NCBI RefSeq assembly: GCF_004010195.1
Contig: NC_057711.1
Location: 81,655,238 to 81,719,237 of the forward strand
Length of the DNA: 64,000 bases
Direction of reading: 5' to 3'
From: Chiloscyllium plagiosum
Lineage: Eukaryota
Position numbers and translations under genes: made by a program. Shown here piece after piece: positions 37,692 through 49,585 of the stretch (its first letter is position 1; every line of letters begins with the position of its first letter). A model generated the notes under the pieces. It had not been told where the DNA came from and searched no databases. It was given only the letters and a program-made list of their open reading frames with translations.

Positions 37692-37715
37692 CCCCCCCCC
37701 CCCCCCCCCCCCCCC
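37692..37715. repeat. Poly-C (24 nt) homopolymer
   Basis: Uninterrupted C run. Confidence 0.95.
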
Positions 37716-38489
37716 ACTTGGTGAATGGTGATGGACTAGTAGTAAAAGCAAAAGAAAATGTACACCTCCAGCAGACATCCGATTAATAGATTATAAAATA
37801 CTGAATTAATTACAGAAAAATAATTCTGATACTAAACATGAAAATGTACTTTAAAGTGACTTAGGGTGACCTAACCATGAGTGACTCATGAAAGAAGCAA
37901 AAGGTAGCAATCAAGCCAATTATTCTCAACATAGCATAGAAATTAATAAATGTTCATCTATTGAAGGTACTCATGGACACCCAAGAGCAGAATTTCCTTG
38001 GGTTGGGCAGGGGAAGGAAGAGAGAGGGGTGAGTGTTCCTTAGTGAAAAGATACTCATTAACCACTACTCTTTCCTGACATTGTGCCAATTTTGTATTCT
38101 TTTGTCTATAGTATCTTATTCTATGAGCTGTAACTTATCGAATACCTGTTAAAGTTCACATACATCACATTAGCCGCATTGCCCACATCAGCCCTTTGAT
38201 ACCTCATCAAAAAAACAAGTTAGTTTAATGTAAATTTCCCCCAACAAATCTATACTGGCTTTCCTTCATTATCTGACCAAATGATATTAATTTGGTCCTG
38301 AACTATCCTTTCCTGGACTGCTCTTCACGCCATTTTATAAGCATCTGTGTCACATATCGGCCATTCCACACATTAGTAAGTTTAGAAACATGGAGACAAA
38401 TGGGGAGTTGGAGGCAGGGGGTTGCCACTTTTGATTTGTAGTACTGTCTGGGCAGATCGCTTCACTCTGGTGTTAGCAGCTTTCCTCCC

Positions 38490-40770
38490 ATGCCACTATT
38501 TAAGAAAGATGGTAAGGAAAACCCAGGGAACTAGAGACCGGTGAGCCTGATATCGGTGATAGCCAAATTGTTGGAGGGAATCCTGAGGGACAGGATTTAT
38601 ATGTATTTGGAAAGGCAAGGCTAGGAATAGTCAGCATGGCTTTGTGCATGGAAAATCATGTCTCATGAACTTGATTGAGTTTTTTGAAGAAGTAACAAAG
38701 GTGATTGATGAGGGCAGAGGGTAGACATGATCTATATGGACTTCAATAAGGCGTTTGACAAGGTTCCTCATGGTAGACTGGTTAGCAAAGTTAGATCTAA
38801 TGGAACAAAGGGAGAACCAGCCATTTGGATACAGAACTGACTCAAAAGTAGAAAACAGGTGGTGATGGGAGTTGCTTTTCAGACTGGAGGCCTGTGGCCA
38901 GTGGAGTGTCACAAGGATCGGTGCTGGGTCCACTACTTTTCATCATTTATATAAATGATTTGGATGTGAGCATAAGAGGTATAGTTAGTAAGTTTGCAGA
39001 TGACACTAAAATTGGAGGTGTGGTGGACAGCTAAGAAGGTTACCACAGAGTACAATGGAATCTTGATCAGATGAGCCAATAGGCTGAGGAGTTTAGATAA
39101 ATGCGAGGTGATGCATTTTGGAAAAGCAAATCAGAGCCCAGATTTATACACTTAATGGTAAGGTCCTGCGCCTCAAAATGGCGGTGCTCGGAGTGCACCA
39201 GTTGGAGGATGCTCAGGTGTACGGTGGGATCCCGTCTGCACTCACCCCTGCCCGGACAAAATTTTACATTGGCCCCAAGGTCCTGTACTTCCCCCTGAAA
39301 CCTGTGCCCCACAACCTGAGCCGCCTCCGGAATTTTAATTTTGTCCATTTTAAGGAAGTATCATGGCGGGCCCTGTATCGACTGCTGCTGCACACCGTCC
39401 ACCTCCTCGCCCTCATCCACTGTCCGGACACGCCTTGGCGTGCCCATTCACCACTGGGCGGTGGGGATCCCCAGTGGAGAGCTCTCTATGCGGGGAGTCC
39501 TCCCCCTTTATCTCAGGGATCTGGGGTGGAGGGTGCTGCACGCAGCAGTCCCGTGTAACCGCAAATTGTGGTGGTTCACGGACACCCAGCCCAACTGCTT
39601 GTTCTGCAGCGCTGTGGAGTCCGTGGACCATGTATATATTGGGTGTGGGCACTTGCACTACTTTTTTGATTTTCTAAAAAACCTTCTTCGTTGTTTTTGT
39701 TTGCACTTCAGTCCCACGCTCCTGATCTTCAGGCACCTGGTACGGAGGAGGGAGGGCCGGTCTGAAGACCTCCTCATGGGTCTTCTCCTGGGCCTGGCCA
39801 AACTGGCCATAAACAGGTCCAGGCAGCGGGCCGTTAGGTCCGACTGCCTGCCCCTCTTCCGTGGTTACGTTAGAGCCCGGGTGTCTCTGGACAGGGAGCA
39901 TTCGGTGTCCACCATCACCCTGGAGCTGTTCAGGGAGAGGTGGGCACTGCAGGGATTATTTCGCATTATTTCTCCCTCCAATTCTATTTTGATTTAATCC
40001 CTGCCCTCCCCTTCACTGCTTGATCATACAGCATTGCCCTTTGATGTGAAGGGCAGTGCTTGTCACTGGCCACTTGGGTGTTTCCTTTCTTCCTGGTGGT
40101 GGAAACTGAATAAAGATTGGTACACCTTGTGTCTTTCACTGTGTCTCACACCTGCACACACAAAAATAAAGAATAAAAACAGGAGTGTCAGACCTCCTGT
40201 TCACTAAAAAAAAATAAGGTCCTGGGGAGTGTTGTTGAATAAAGAGAGTGCAGGTTCATGGTTCCTTGGAAGTAGAGTCACAGGTAGATAGGATAGTGAA
40301 GAAGGTGTTTGGTATGCTTTCCTTTACTGATCAGAGTATTGAATACAGGAGTTAGGAGGTCATTTTGCAGCTGTACAGGGAATTGGTTAGGCCACTGTTG
40401 GAATATTGCATGCAGTTCTGGTCTCCTTCCTATCGGAAGGATGTTGTGAAACTTGTGGGGTGTGGGAGTCCAGAACTAGAGGGCATAGGTTTAGGGTGAG
40501 AGGAGAAAGATATAAAAGGGACCTAAGGAGCAACCTTTTCATGCAGAGGGTGGTACGTGTGTGGAATGAGCTGCCAGAATGGAAGAATGGAGGCTGGTAC
40601 ATTTACAGCATTTCAAAGGTATCTGAATGGGTATGTGAATAGGAAGGGTTTGGAGGGATATTGGTCAAGCGCTGGAAAATGGGACTGGAATAGTTTAGGA
40701 TATGTGGTCCGCGGGAGCACGTTGGCCCGAAGAGCCTGTTTCCGTGCTGTACAACACTATGGCTCGAAGT
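38490..40770 (+). mobile_element. CR1/HER1-type LINE with nested Tx1 insertion and an internal deletion near 40455
   Basis: RPVSLISV, QHGFVHGKSCLMNLIEFFEEVTK and [12 protein letters not shown] motifs; collinear with 3112-4340; CR1 tail at 40735-40765. Confidence 0.92.
39169..40214 (+). mobile_element. Tx1-clade (L1 group) LINE, 5'-truncated: ORF2 C-terminal zinc-binding region, 3' UTR and poly(A)
   Basis: GC/CpG-rich; DLGWRVLHAAVPCN...CLFCSAVESVDHVYIGC (C-x2-C...H...C zf-RVT type) and LLGLAKLAINRSRQ; A9 tail; 10-bp TSD TAAGGTCCTG at 39159-39168 and 40215-40224. Confidence 0.85.
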
Positions 40771-41561
40771 GAGATGACCACACCATGAGTTGAGCGGCCA
40801 TTCCATATACAGTACACAGGGCTGGAGTGAGAACTCCCTCGGGGCTGCTTAAAAACTGCGAGCACTATTCAACAGAGAAACAGAACTAACGTCTCAATCC
40901 AACATGACTTCAGAACCCAACATGAAGAAGTCACGCAGGATTGCGAACTGCGAACTCTCAACAGATGCTGCCAGACCTGCTGAATTTCTCCAGCATCTAT
41001 AATATGTTTTCTTTCATTTGTGCAAAGCAATCTGTTAACCGTGGATATTAACATTCATTTCTAAGCTTCACTGTCTATCGTACAAAAAAAACACGCGTTG
41101 AAAACAGATAATTGTATTTGCATGCCGTAAAACTAACTCCTGAAATCAACTGTATTTGGAAAGGCATCCCGGGTTATTTTAGGGGAGATGATAAAGGCGA
41201 GGATGTTCCCTGCACTGACACCAGAAAAGACAAAAAGTCTATTTCCCAACCAGTGACAGCAAGCCGCTGTACACATCCTGGATTTTCACTCGCGTTAGAT
41301 CGGAACGTCTTGTTAATCTTTTAAAAAGTCCGACTTTTCTCATGAATAGACTGCTGTTTTATGATGCGGAACTGACAAGTTAAAAAAAACTCTAAAGGCA
41401 CGCTCTGGGCAGTCAAATACGGCATTATTTTCTCGCAAATCGGTCAGCTGTAGCGCTGACAAGCAAAGTGGATTTTGTTCATTTGTTTAAAATCAGCTTA
41501 AAGTCGACATGTGACCCTCGATCAGAATCTCATGTGCGTAACTGCGAAGAAGTGAACGAGG

Positions 41562-41597
41562 CAGAGGGAGAGAGAGAGGGAGAGAGAGAGAGAGGGA
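41562..41597. repeat. (GA)n microsatellite in RASEF intron 1
   Basis: CAGAGGGAGAGAGAGAGGGAGAGAGAGAGAGAGGGA. Confidence 0.85.
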
Positions 41598-41875
41598 TTT
41601 GGCCAAAGGCAGACACAATGACGCGGAGCTGCAGACCGCTGGCCAGGAGCTGGGGGAAGACTGGCCAAGAGCAGCCGGTTCCGCCAGCTGAACCACTGCT
41701 TAGCCTTACCCTGCCTGGCCACCCCTCCTGCCCAGGACTCCAGCACCAACACGTCCCCCTTGCACAAAAACAGCAGATCCTACCAATAAATCCTAAAGTT
41801 TTTAAAAAAATATCACAGCACATTAAAACAAAACTCCGTCAAAGAATTTGGTTTCAAATAAGGGTCAGATTTCAC

Positions 41876-42174
41876 CTTGGGATGAACTTAGCTTCGTCCC
41901 CCAGTCTTTGCTGGAACTCATCCCAGTCAGGGTCAGCACCCACAGCTCCCAAGTTGCTCATCTTCGAAACTTCGTGAAAGCCTTCGGTGAATTCGTGGAA
42001 GTTGATGCAGCCGTCCCTGTTCGAGTCTAGCTTGTGGAAGATCGTGTCGATGTGGGACTCGTGTACTTGTAGCTCCCGGCAGACTGTGAAAAATTCCTCA
42101 TACTCGATCTGACCGGAACGGTTAATATCACAGGCGTGGAAAAGTGCGCGCAGTCTCGGCTCCTTTTCTTCCAT
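41876..42174 (-). CDS. RASEF: RASEF (RAB45) coding exon 1: EF-hand pair
   Basis: MEEKEPRLRALFHACDINRSGQIEYEEF...LDSNRDGCINFHEF...WDEFQQRLGDEAKFIPR has two EF-hand loops and matches the RASEF N-terminus (human ...WQDFQARLGDEAKFIPR). Donor AG|GTGAAA at 41875, phase 2; 299 nt. Confidence 0.95.
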
Positions 42175-42916
42175 CCGGAAATAGAGGGAGGGAGGGGGGT
42201 TGGGAGATAAGATGCAAAAAAAAAGAAGCAGAATCCAACAGCTGAGCTCCCCACCCTCTCAGCACCTCCCTTGATGCAAAGGATGCGGTGAGGCGATGAC
42301 CATCTTGTCAGGAACTCCCCCTCTCAGTGCTGCACCTCTGCTCATTATTGTTTTGTTTTGGTTGCGGATCAGATTTGCTAGGCAAAGCAGCTGAAATTAA
42401 AGCGGCTTGAAGCACTTTGATGGAGTTAGTTCAGGTTGAGGGAGTTGGGGTGGGGGAAGCTGGGGAGATTGGTGCTGCTGGCCTGGTCTTTGTCCTGTCC
42501 TGGCTGGGCTGGGCTAAGTCAGGCTGCACCCAGCGAGGGCTGGGTCTCACCTCAGTGTGTCTCCCCTACATCAGAACGGGAACGGGCAGTCCGCTTTGAC
42601 GTCAGCCTCACAACCGGACCTACCTCTCCAATGTATGTGTTTCAGGTTGATTTGTGTTCTTTCTCGCTCTCTTTACGTGCAGTGCCCACGTTATTGACCC
42701 AAGAGGTGGAAACGGGACAGCTGAATGACTGCTGCAGGGCGTTCCCTGTCATCCAGAAAAACAACAGGTTCACTTCACTTTAAACAGTCTCCCTCGACCC
42801 ACCGATACCACCTACTTCTGCACGTTAGGAACGTTGAGGGGATATTCCCCACCGTCAAAGTTTGATGAGCATTATTACTGTAAAGGCAGGAAGGATCCTG
42901 TGGTGAAGTGTAGTGT

Positions 42917-43045
42917 AGGAGAAAGTGAGGACTGCAGATGCTGGAGATCAGAGCTGAAAAATGTGTTGCTGGAAAAACGCAGCAGGTCAGACAGCATCGA
43001 AGGAGCAGGAGAATCGACGTTTCGGGCATAAGCCCTTCTTCAGGA
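42917..43045 (-). mobile_element. Family-A Penelope-tail element (tailed copy)
   Basis: Intact CUGAAGA-A-GGGC(UUAU)GCCC-GAAACGUC on minus; TSD GAAGTGTAGTG at 42905-42915 and 43044-43054. Confidence 0.88.
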
Positions 43046-43077
43046 AGTGTAGTGCCCCTGCCTCTGAGATTGATAGG

Positions 43078-43170
43078 ATTCCTGAAGAAGGGCTCATGCC
43101 CGAAACGTCGATTCTCCTGTTCCTTGGATGCTGCCTGACCTGCTGTGCTTTTCCAGCAACACATTTTCAG
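43078..43170 (+). mobile_element. Family-A Penelope-tail element (tail-less copy)
   Basis: CTGAAGAAGGGCTCATGCCCGAAACGTC; 16-bp TSD CTCTGAGATTGATAGG at 43062-43077 and 43171-43186. Confidence 0.88.
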
Positions 43171-43727
43171 CTCTGAGATTGATAGGCATGGGTTCAAGTC
43201 CTACCTGTTGCAGAGGTGTGTCATTACACGTTTGAATAGTTTGATGAAAGAAATTATTTATAGTCCGGCGTCACAGGCTGTTAGAGGGGGAAAGTGCTTA
43301 GGTCTTGGAGGGATTGAATGTTGGACGGGAGGGTGAGAAACAGTCACCACCATTTCAGGCTCCCAACCAAACGCTGAAGGGCAATCCAAAAACGTACTGT
43401 ACTTCAAGTTTCACAGAGGCAACCACTGAACTGATAGGGAAGGTCAGTAACAGTCAGGAGTGAAGGTGGGCTAGCTGGTATATTTCTGATTTGATAGCCA
43501 GTCCAGAGACAGGCCATCTGCAGAATGTTGAGCTGCTTCAAGGAGCAGGAAGCTTGGTGGGCAAGGAACCTTAATTGGGCATGAGGCTAAAAATAAAATT
43601 CCTGGGATGAAGCAAAGTAATTAAGTTCAGCAACATTTGAAACTCCTTAGCACAAGTTCGGGAAACCTATTTTTAGTTCATGCATGCTCATTAAAGGGCA
43701 ATCTCGCTAAAATTAAGTACCCCTTAC

Positions 43728-44045
43728 TCAGTGGTTAGCATTGCTGCCTCACAGCACCAGGAACCCGGGTTTGATTCCTGCCTCAGGCGACTGTCTGTGT
43801 GGAGTTTGCACATTCTCCCCATGTTTGCGTGGGTTTCCTCCGGGTGCTCCGGTTTCCTCCCATAATCCAAAGATGTGCAGGTCAGCTGAATTGGCTATGC
43901 TAAATTGCCCATAGTGTGAGGTACGTTAGTCAGGGGTAAATGTAGGGGAATGGGTCTAGATGGGTTACTTTTCGGAGGGTTGGTGTGGGCCTATTGGGCT
44001 GAAAGGCCTGTTTTCACACTCTAAGTAATCCAATCTAATCTAATC
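43728..44045 (+). mobile_element. HE1 SINE
   Basis: Collinear with the other HE1 copies; AATCTAATCTAATC tail. Confidence 0.9.
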
Positions 44046-46714
44046 TTCTCAACTAAGTTGTTAACAAGCAAGCATTACTCACCTTCCAGTTCCCAACTAT
44101 GTATCAGTGATGTGCAGTGCACAGTTTTCCTCCTGGGACAGTATTCATCAGTGACTGGAGGTGATGCTTGAGATCAGGAAAGATACTCTGAGGTGCACAG
44201 ATGAGGGAGACTGGCCAAGAGAGGGAGGTATGGCAGGAAGGCAAGGGTGCAGGAAGATCAGATAGAGGCAAGGGCCATGTGTTTGAATGTTGGGATCACA
44301 TAAAAGCTGGAGGTGCAGTCTTCAAGCAGGGATGGTGTGAGAAAGATGGTCCTAAAGGGTGAAGTAAATGTATGGTGGGATCCTAGGGATTGAATTGAGG
44401 GAACGTGGGCAGCAGAGAGATCAGTGACGGGGAAAGTATGATGCTTTGGATTGGCAGAGATATTTTTAGGTTGCATATTGTCTCATGGTAGGGGAGAGGG
44501 TTCACAGAAATAGGGGAAACAAATAGTGCAGACAGCAGGAAGAATCAGGACAGAGACACACATGGGAACAGTAATAAAGTGGGCTAAGTAAGGTTTCAAG
44601 GGTAACAAGGAGTGGACTTGTTACACTTGGTGAGTCAAGTCTGAATGGAGAGTTTGGTGGGTTACCGGAAAAGAATAGAAGGTGGTGGATCATGTTTGAA
44701 AGGTAACATATACCATATTGTATTCTCTACATGAAAGTGTAGTCCAATGAATTGGGAGTAAGGTCACTTCAGGTGGATGAAGTTAAAGCTGAAAACAATG
44801 GCTGACAAAAGGAGCACTAATAATCATGAATAAATTAGATAAGAATGAGGCAATCTTAATGTCACAGAAATACAATCATATCTCACTAACATTCTCCAAA
44901 TTGGGACTTCCAAAGAACACTGTTATATGGATTTGGCTGCAGACTTCTCTGCTGTTGCTACCCTGACAGTGACCTCACAGGGATGATAAATGGGTGACCA
45001 TTACCTCATGGATTGGCAAATGTATCCATGGACTCAACTTTACAAATGATGCCCAAGATTCAATTGTACATGTCAGGATACTCAGAGATGTCACTACTGA
45101 TGATGGAACACAATAAATGGTGTACCCTTAAGCCCACGTCCTCCAAGACTAATTGGGAACAATATGCAAAGCCCATAAATCCAGACAAGCATGACAAAAG
45201 TACTCAAATACATGATTAAAGTGAAATGTGTTACATATTTATGTAGTGATTAAATCCCTGTGTACCATTACTGCCCTTATAATGTCTTCATCTTTCTTTT
45301 TCTGAACACTATGTCCAGATGCAGCCCTGATGTCCACAACTGAGTTGGAGGCAGTCTGCAAACTGCTACATGCATTTGCTTGGGATGACGGTGGTAGCTG
45401 TCCTCTGGTGGTCCAAGCCCAAGAGTGCTCCAACCTGCAGTAGGGCTCCAGCTCACTGCACTGTTGCAGGTGCATCCTCATTGTGTTGACCTGCTGAGAT
45501 AATGGGGTCACTGGCAGAACAGAGATTGAAAGATAGGATCCCTTAGTAATGTCCTAGGATAAAGTCCCCAAGGTGCTTTGTTGGAGCATCTCCCCACTGT
45601 AATTGCATGCAGGCACCTCTCTGACTCCTTGAGGGAAAAGTGATGCTGGTGGGAGGTGAAGACACCTCATTGCCTTTGCCTCGTCATTGCTGCATTGCAG
45701 TGATGAAGCACAGATCTGAGTGCAGATCTGGCAGCCACTAAGTACTTGATCAGATCCTTCAAGCCGGTTGACACCCTCTTCACAGATGAAGCTAAGAGCT
45801 TATATGACATGACTCATAACATGGCCAGAGTCTCCAGGCATTGTTTAAATCAACACATGGCCTCTGGCATTTTTGTCTGATGTTCCCCTGTCTCTCTCTC
45901 TCTGCACCTCTCATCTCCTACAGAAACATCCAAAGGCTTATCAATTGTATGAGGATCAGCAGTGGCCTGCAGCCCTCCACGTGTCAGAGATCTTGGTCCA
46001 CACATCCTCTGTCAGCACTGAGCACATGTCTTTGATATGCTTACCATGTTTGCATTGATGGAGAGTGCAGGGGATGCTGTGATTGAACTTTCAGTCTGTT
46101 CTCAAAGCCGTCATCATTAGAGGTGGTGTTCAAGGGCAAATGCGGTCTCTTCTGCATGATCTTGCTGCTAAACTGCAGCAAAAAACAAAAATCATTGACT
46201 GATGGTTATGCAAATCTTTTTTCTCAACAATACTTCAGGCCTCAGTCCTGTATGTCCATTAAGCCACAGCAGACTGGAGGCATCCTCAATAGATTACTGC
46301 AAGTTTCTGGTGTCTCCATCCGTGCAGGCTCAGTCCTGTTCCACCTCCACAATTCCCTCCTCAAAGAGGATGAGGAGCTGTTGGAGATACCTCCTCCTAT
46401 CAGACTCTGCTCCCAATGATTGTTGAGCATTCATCTGCAGACAGGTTAACAGAATGATTGAGTGTCATTCCATACATGCCTTTAGTAGTTCTTGAACCCA
46501 TCCCAGTGAGGGCCAGAGACTCACACTGTCTTGCAATTGATATAACTTTCAGATAATAAGGTGACTCCTATACACTCAGCCCACACCTTCCAATTGCTGT
46601 TGAGGCCCAAACACTTGTTTGACATCTTCCTGTATGAACACATTTACACGGTCTGTTGCTCATATGGTTGTAAATTTGCAGTGACTAAACAATGCCACTT
46701 ACCCACGCAGAGCA

Positions 46715-46885
46715 CAGCATTCACCCTCTTCATACACTGGATTCAGGATCAATAGTGAGGTCTTACTGCCTTTGACCTCCATTCAGGCCATCTTGGTTCG
46801 ATGGAAGTGCCTCCTGTTGCCATCTCTTGGAAACTGGACCTTTCCAGATGGCCTAGAGAAAAGCCTGCAGCAAGGCATCACTGCA
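46715..46885 (-). pseudogene. Decayed Myb/SANT-like domain of a Harbinger/PIF-type transposon
   Basis: Minus strand reads VQFPRDGNRRHFHRTKMA*MEV... then *IQCMKRVN across frameshifts, resembling LFP...K.AW.EVA...W.QCRKR.NDL. Confidence 0.45.
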
Positions 46886-47386
46886 CCAAGAGGCCACTCA
46901 TTGTCTGCTCTGGGACATCATAATGTTTACAGCTGTAGGATTTCCACAGGTTTGTGCAATTATCAACACCTCTGATTATAGCCACATTGACGCCTTTGGT
47001 TGACAATGAATCACTAAATCCCTTTAAACATGGCACCAGCCCTTTGACACTGTGAGCAAAGGGTAGGACACAGACATTCTGCCTGCTTCTTCAGTAATAT
47101 TGTATACCTCTGCTCTTTGTACATCATTAGCTGAAAATTATGTAATCACACAAGAAAACCTGTCCCAGCTACTCTTGGAAGATCCTGTCTCTGAACTGCT
47201 TCAGAAGGAGATTCTATTGTTAGTTGCAGGGTGATTAAGGTTGCTGCCTGAATATTGAAAGTATTTATTGTTTTGAAAAGGCAGGAAACTAGGAACTTGT
47301 GGTGGGTTCACTGCATTATTTAACAATGTGGTTAGTACAGTAATGATCTTAGCTCAAAAGAGCAAGGTATAGAATCAGTTTAAGTA

Positions 47387-47599
47387 CAGGTCATCCTGCT
47401 ATAACACGATAGTTATGTTCTTTTGCAATCTCGCGCTATAGAAAATCGCGCTATGAAAAGCGGCTACAGAAAATCACACTGAAGAACATCACTCTTACAA
47501 AATCACTATATCCATTCAGGTTATCCAAACAACATTCACAATTCATCAATCGCATTATAGCCAATTCACGTTGACAAAACATTATAGCAGAACATCCTA
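47387..47599. mobile_element. TA-flanked MITE (Tc1/mariner/pogo-like non-autonomous element)
   Basis: TA|CAGGTCATCCTGCTATAAC ... ATTATAGCAGAACATCCTA|TA imperfect TIRs; internal (GCGCTATAGAAAAT)-like subrepeats; CpG-retaining. Confidence 0.6.
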
Positions 47600-49138
47600 T
47601 AACAGCTCTGTGGTGTGCCTACCCCCTCAAGAAAGTTTAAGAAAGCAGCTTATGATCACCTTCTCAAAGGCAATTAGGAAAGTACTGTAAATTCTGGCTT
47701 AGCCAGTAACAATTACATCTTATGAACAGTTTAAAAATATATATAGGTCACTTGTTTGAACAGTTTTAGTCACTCTAACTGCTTTTACATTATAAGACAG
47801 AGTATAGAAGCAATAAATGGGACATGTAAGAAATGCATGGCAATAATTATGGGTGACTTTAATCTTCATGGAGATTGGTGAATCAAAGGCAGCTTGAAAA
47901 AATAACTCCAGAGTGTAGTTGGCCCAATTTTTTAGAACACTTCATTTTATAGTCAACCAGCGATTAGACTATTCTAGACCTAATAATAAACAATAAGACA
48001 ATCAATAATATCATGGCAAAGGAACCTTCCATGTGGCAGTAATCATAACACGATAGAATTTCCTGTTCAGTTAAAAGGCAAAATATGTTTCTAAACCTGC
48101 TGTTTCAAACCGGAGTACAGGTTTAAGGGTGTGAATGCAGAGCTAAGTGAACTAGGAAACTAGATTGAAAGTTAGGACAGTAGAAATTTAGTGGCAGACT
48201 TTTAAGGAAATATTTAAAAACTCTTGACAAATATTTATCCAGGAAGAAACAAGGATTCTTTGAGAAAAATGCATCATCTGTGACTAAAGAAGGAAGTTAA
48301 GAATAGAATTTTAAAAAATACTGCGCAAGTTTGAAAAACAATGGTGGCTGTTCAGAAAACTAGTCAGATTTTAAGAAATAGGAAAAAAAAAGGTGAAACA
48401 AAAAGGAGGGTATAAGAGAAAACTAGCTTTTAATATAAAACAGATGGTGTTTCTATGAATGTTTAAGTAGGAAATTATTAACTAAAGGTAGTGTTAGTCA
48501 AGAGTGAGTCCATAAAACCATAAGATATAGGAACAGAAATAAGCCATTCAATCCATTGAGTCACTCCACCATTCAATTAGATCATGGTGGATCTGATAAT
48601 CCTGAATTCTACTCTTCTTGCCTTTTCCCCCTAACCCTTGATTGCCCTTACAAATTAAAATTTTATCTATCTCAGCCTTGAATTTACTTAACAACACAAC
48701 CTCAACAGTCCTCTGTGGTAAAGAATTCCAAAGATTACCAAAATCTGAAAGAAGAAATTCCTCCTTACCTCTTTCTTAAATATGTGGCCCCTTATTCTGA
48801 GATTATGTCCTTTAGACATAGACTCTCCCACAAAAGGAAACAACCTTTCTGCCTTTACCCTGTCAAGTCTTTTAAGAATCTTGTAATTTTAATAAGATCA
48901 CTTCTCATTCTTCTACATTCCAACAAGCACAGCCCCAACCCACTCAACCTCTCCTCATAAGACAGTCCCTCCATACCTGTTATCAGCCTAGTGACTGCAT
49001 CCAATGCCTGGAGTATTGATAATGGAAAACAAGAAAATGGCAGAGATATTTGTGTCTCTCTTCATAGTAGAAGACTTAGATGACATCCTAAAGATACTTA
49101 CACCTCAAGAGGTGAACAGAAGGGAGAAACACCAAACA

Positions 49139-49364
49139 AGATTAGAGTGGTGCTGGAAAAGCACAGCAGGTCAGGCAGCACCTGAGAAGCAGGAAAATCG
49201 ACGTTTCGGGCAAAAGCCCTTCATCAGGAATCAGCCTAGTGAAGGGCTTTTGCCCGAAACACCAATTTTCCTGCTCCTCGGATGCTGCCTGACCTGCTGT
49301 GCTTTTCCAGCACCACTCTAACCTAGACTCTGATCTCCAGCATCTTCAATCCTCACTTTCACCT
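49139..49364. mobile_element. Family-A fold-back element
   Basis: About 85-bp inverted arms plus tail; minus-strand CUGAUGA-A-GGGC(UUUU)GCCC-GAAACGUC; TSD AGAAAC(A/T)CCAAACA at 49125-49138 and 49365-49378. Confidence 0.87.
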
Positions 49365-49585
49365 AGAAACTCCAAACATTCAACATTACTAGTGGAAGAG
49401 TGCTGGAAAACCGATGAGACCAAGAAGTCCCGAGCATCAGATGGTTTGAATGCTAGAGACTTAAAACAAGATATTACAGAGTCATAGGTTACAATCTTCC
49501 AAAATTCCTTAGATTCTGGAAGGAATTCAGAAAAATAGTAAACATAACACCTTTAGGTTTTTTCAAGTTGCTACATCCAAGGTAC

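Larger units (their letters stand above)
41200..42900 (-). promoter_or_regulatory. CpG-enriched region spanning RASEF exon 1 and putative promoter; full CRE palindrome TGACGTCA at 42597-42604
   Basis: CpG density is visibly higher than in the CpG-depleted flanks and surrounds the first coding exon. TSS cannot be determined. Confidence 0.55.

Noticed and set aside
39341..39997. 218-aa ORF as a host gene
   Set aside because: C-terminal fragment of a 5'-truncated Tx1 LINE bounded by a TSD and poly(A).
41468..41977. 169-aa plus-strand ORF antisense to exon 1/intron 1
   Set aside because: GTG start, runs through a GA microsatellite in GC-rich DNA, no recognisable domain.
42775..43197. Recurrent CCWKSTAGQAAS / EEGLMPETSILLLL ORFs
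   Set aside because: Incidental translations of family-A Penelope-tail repeats.
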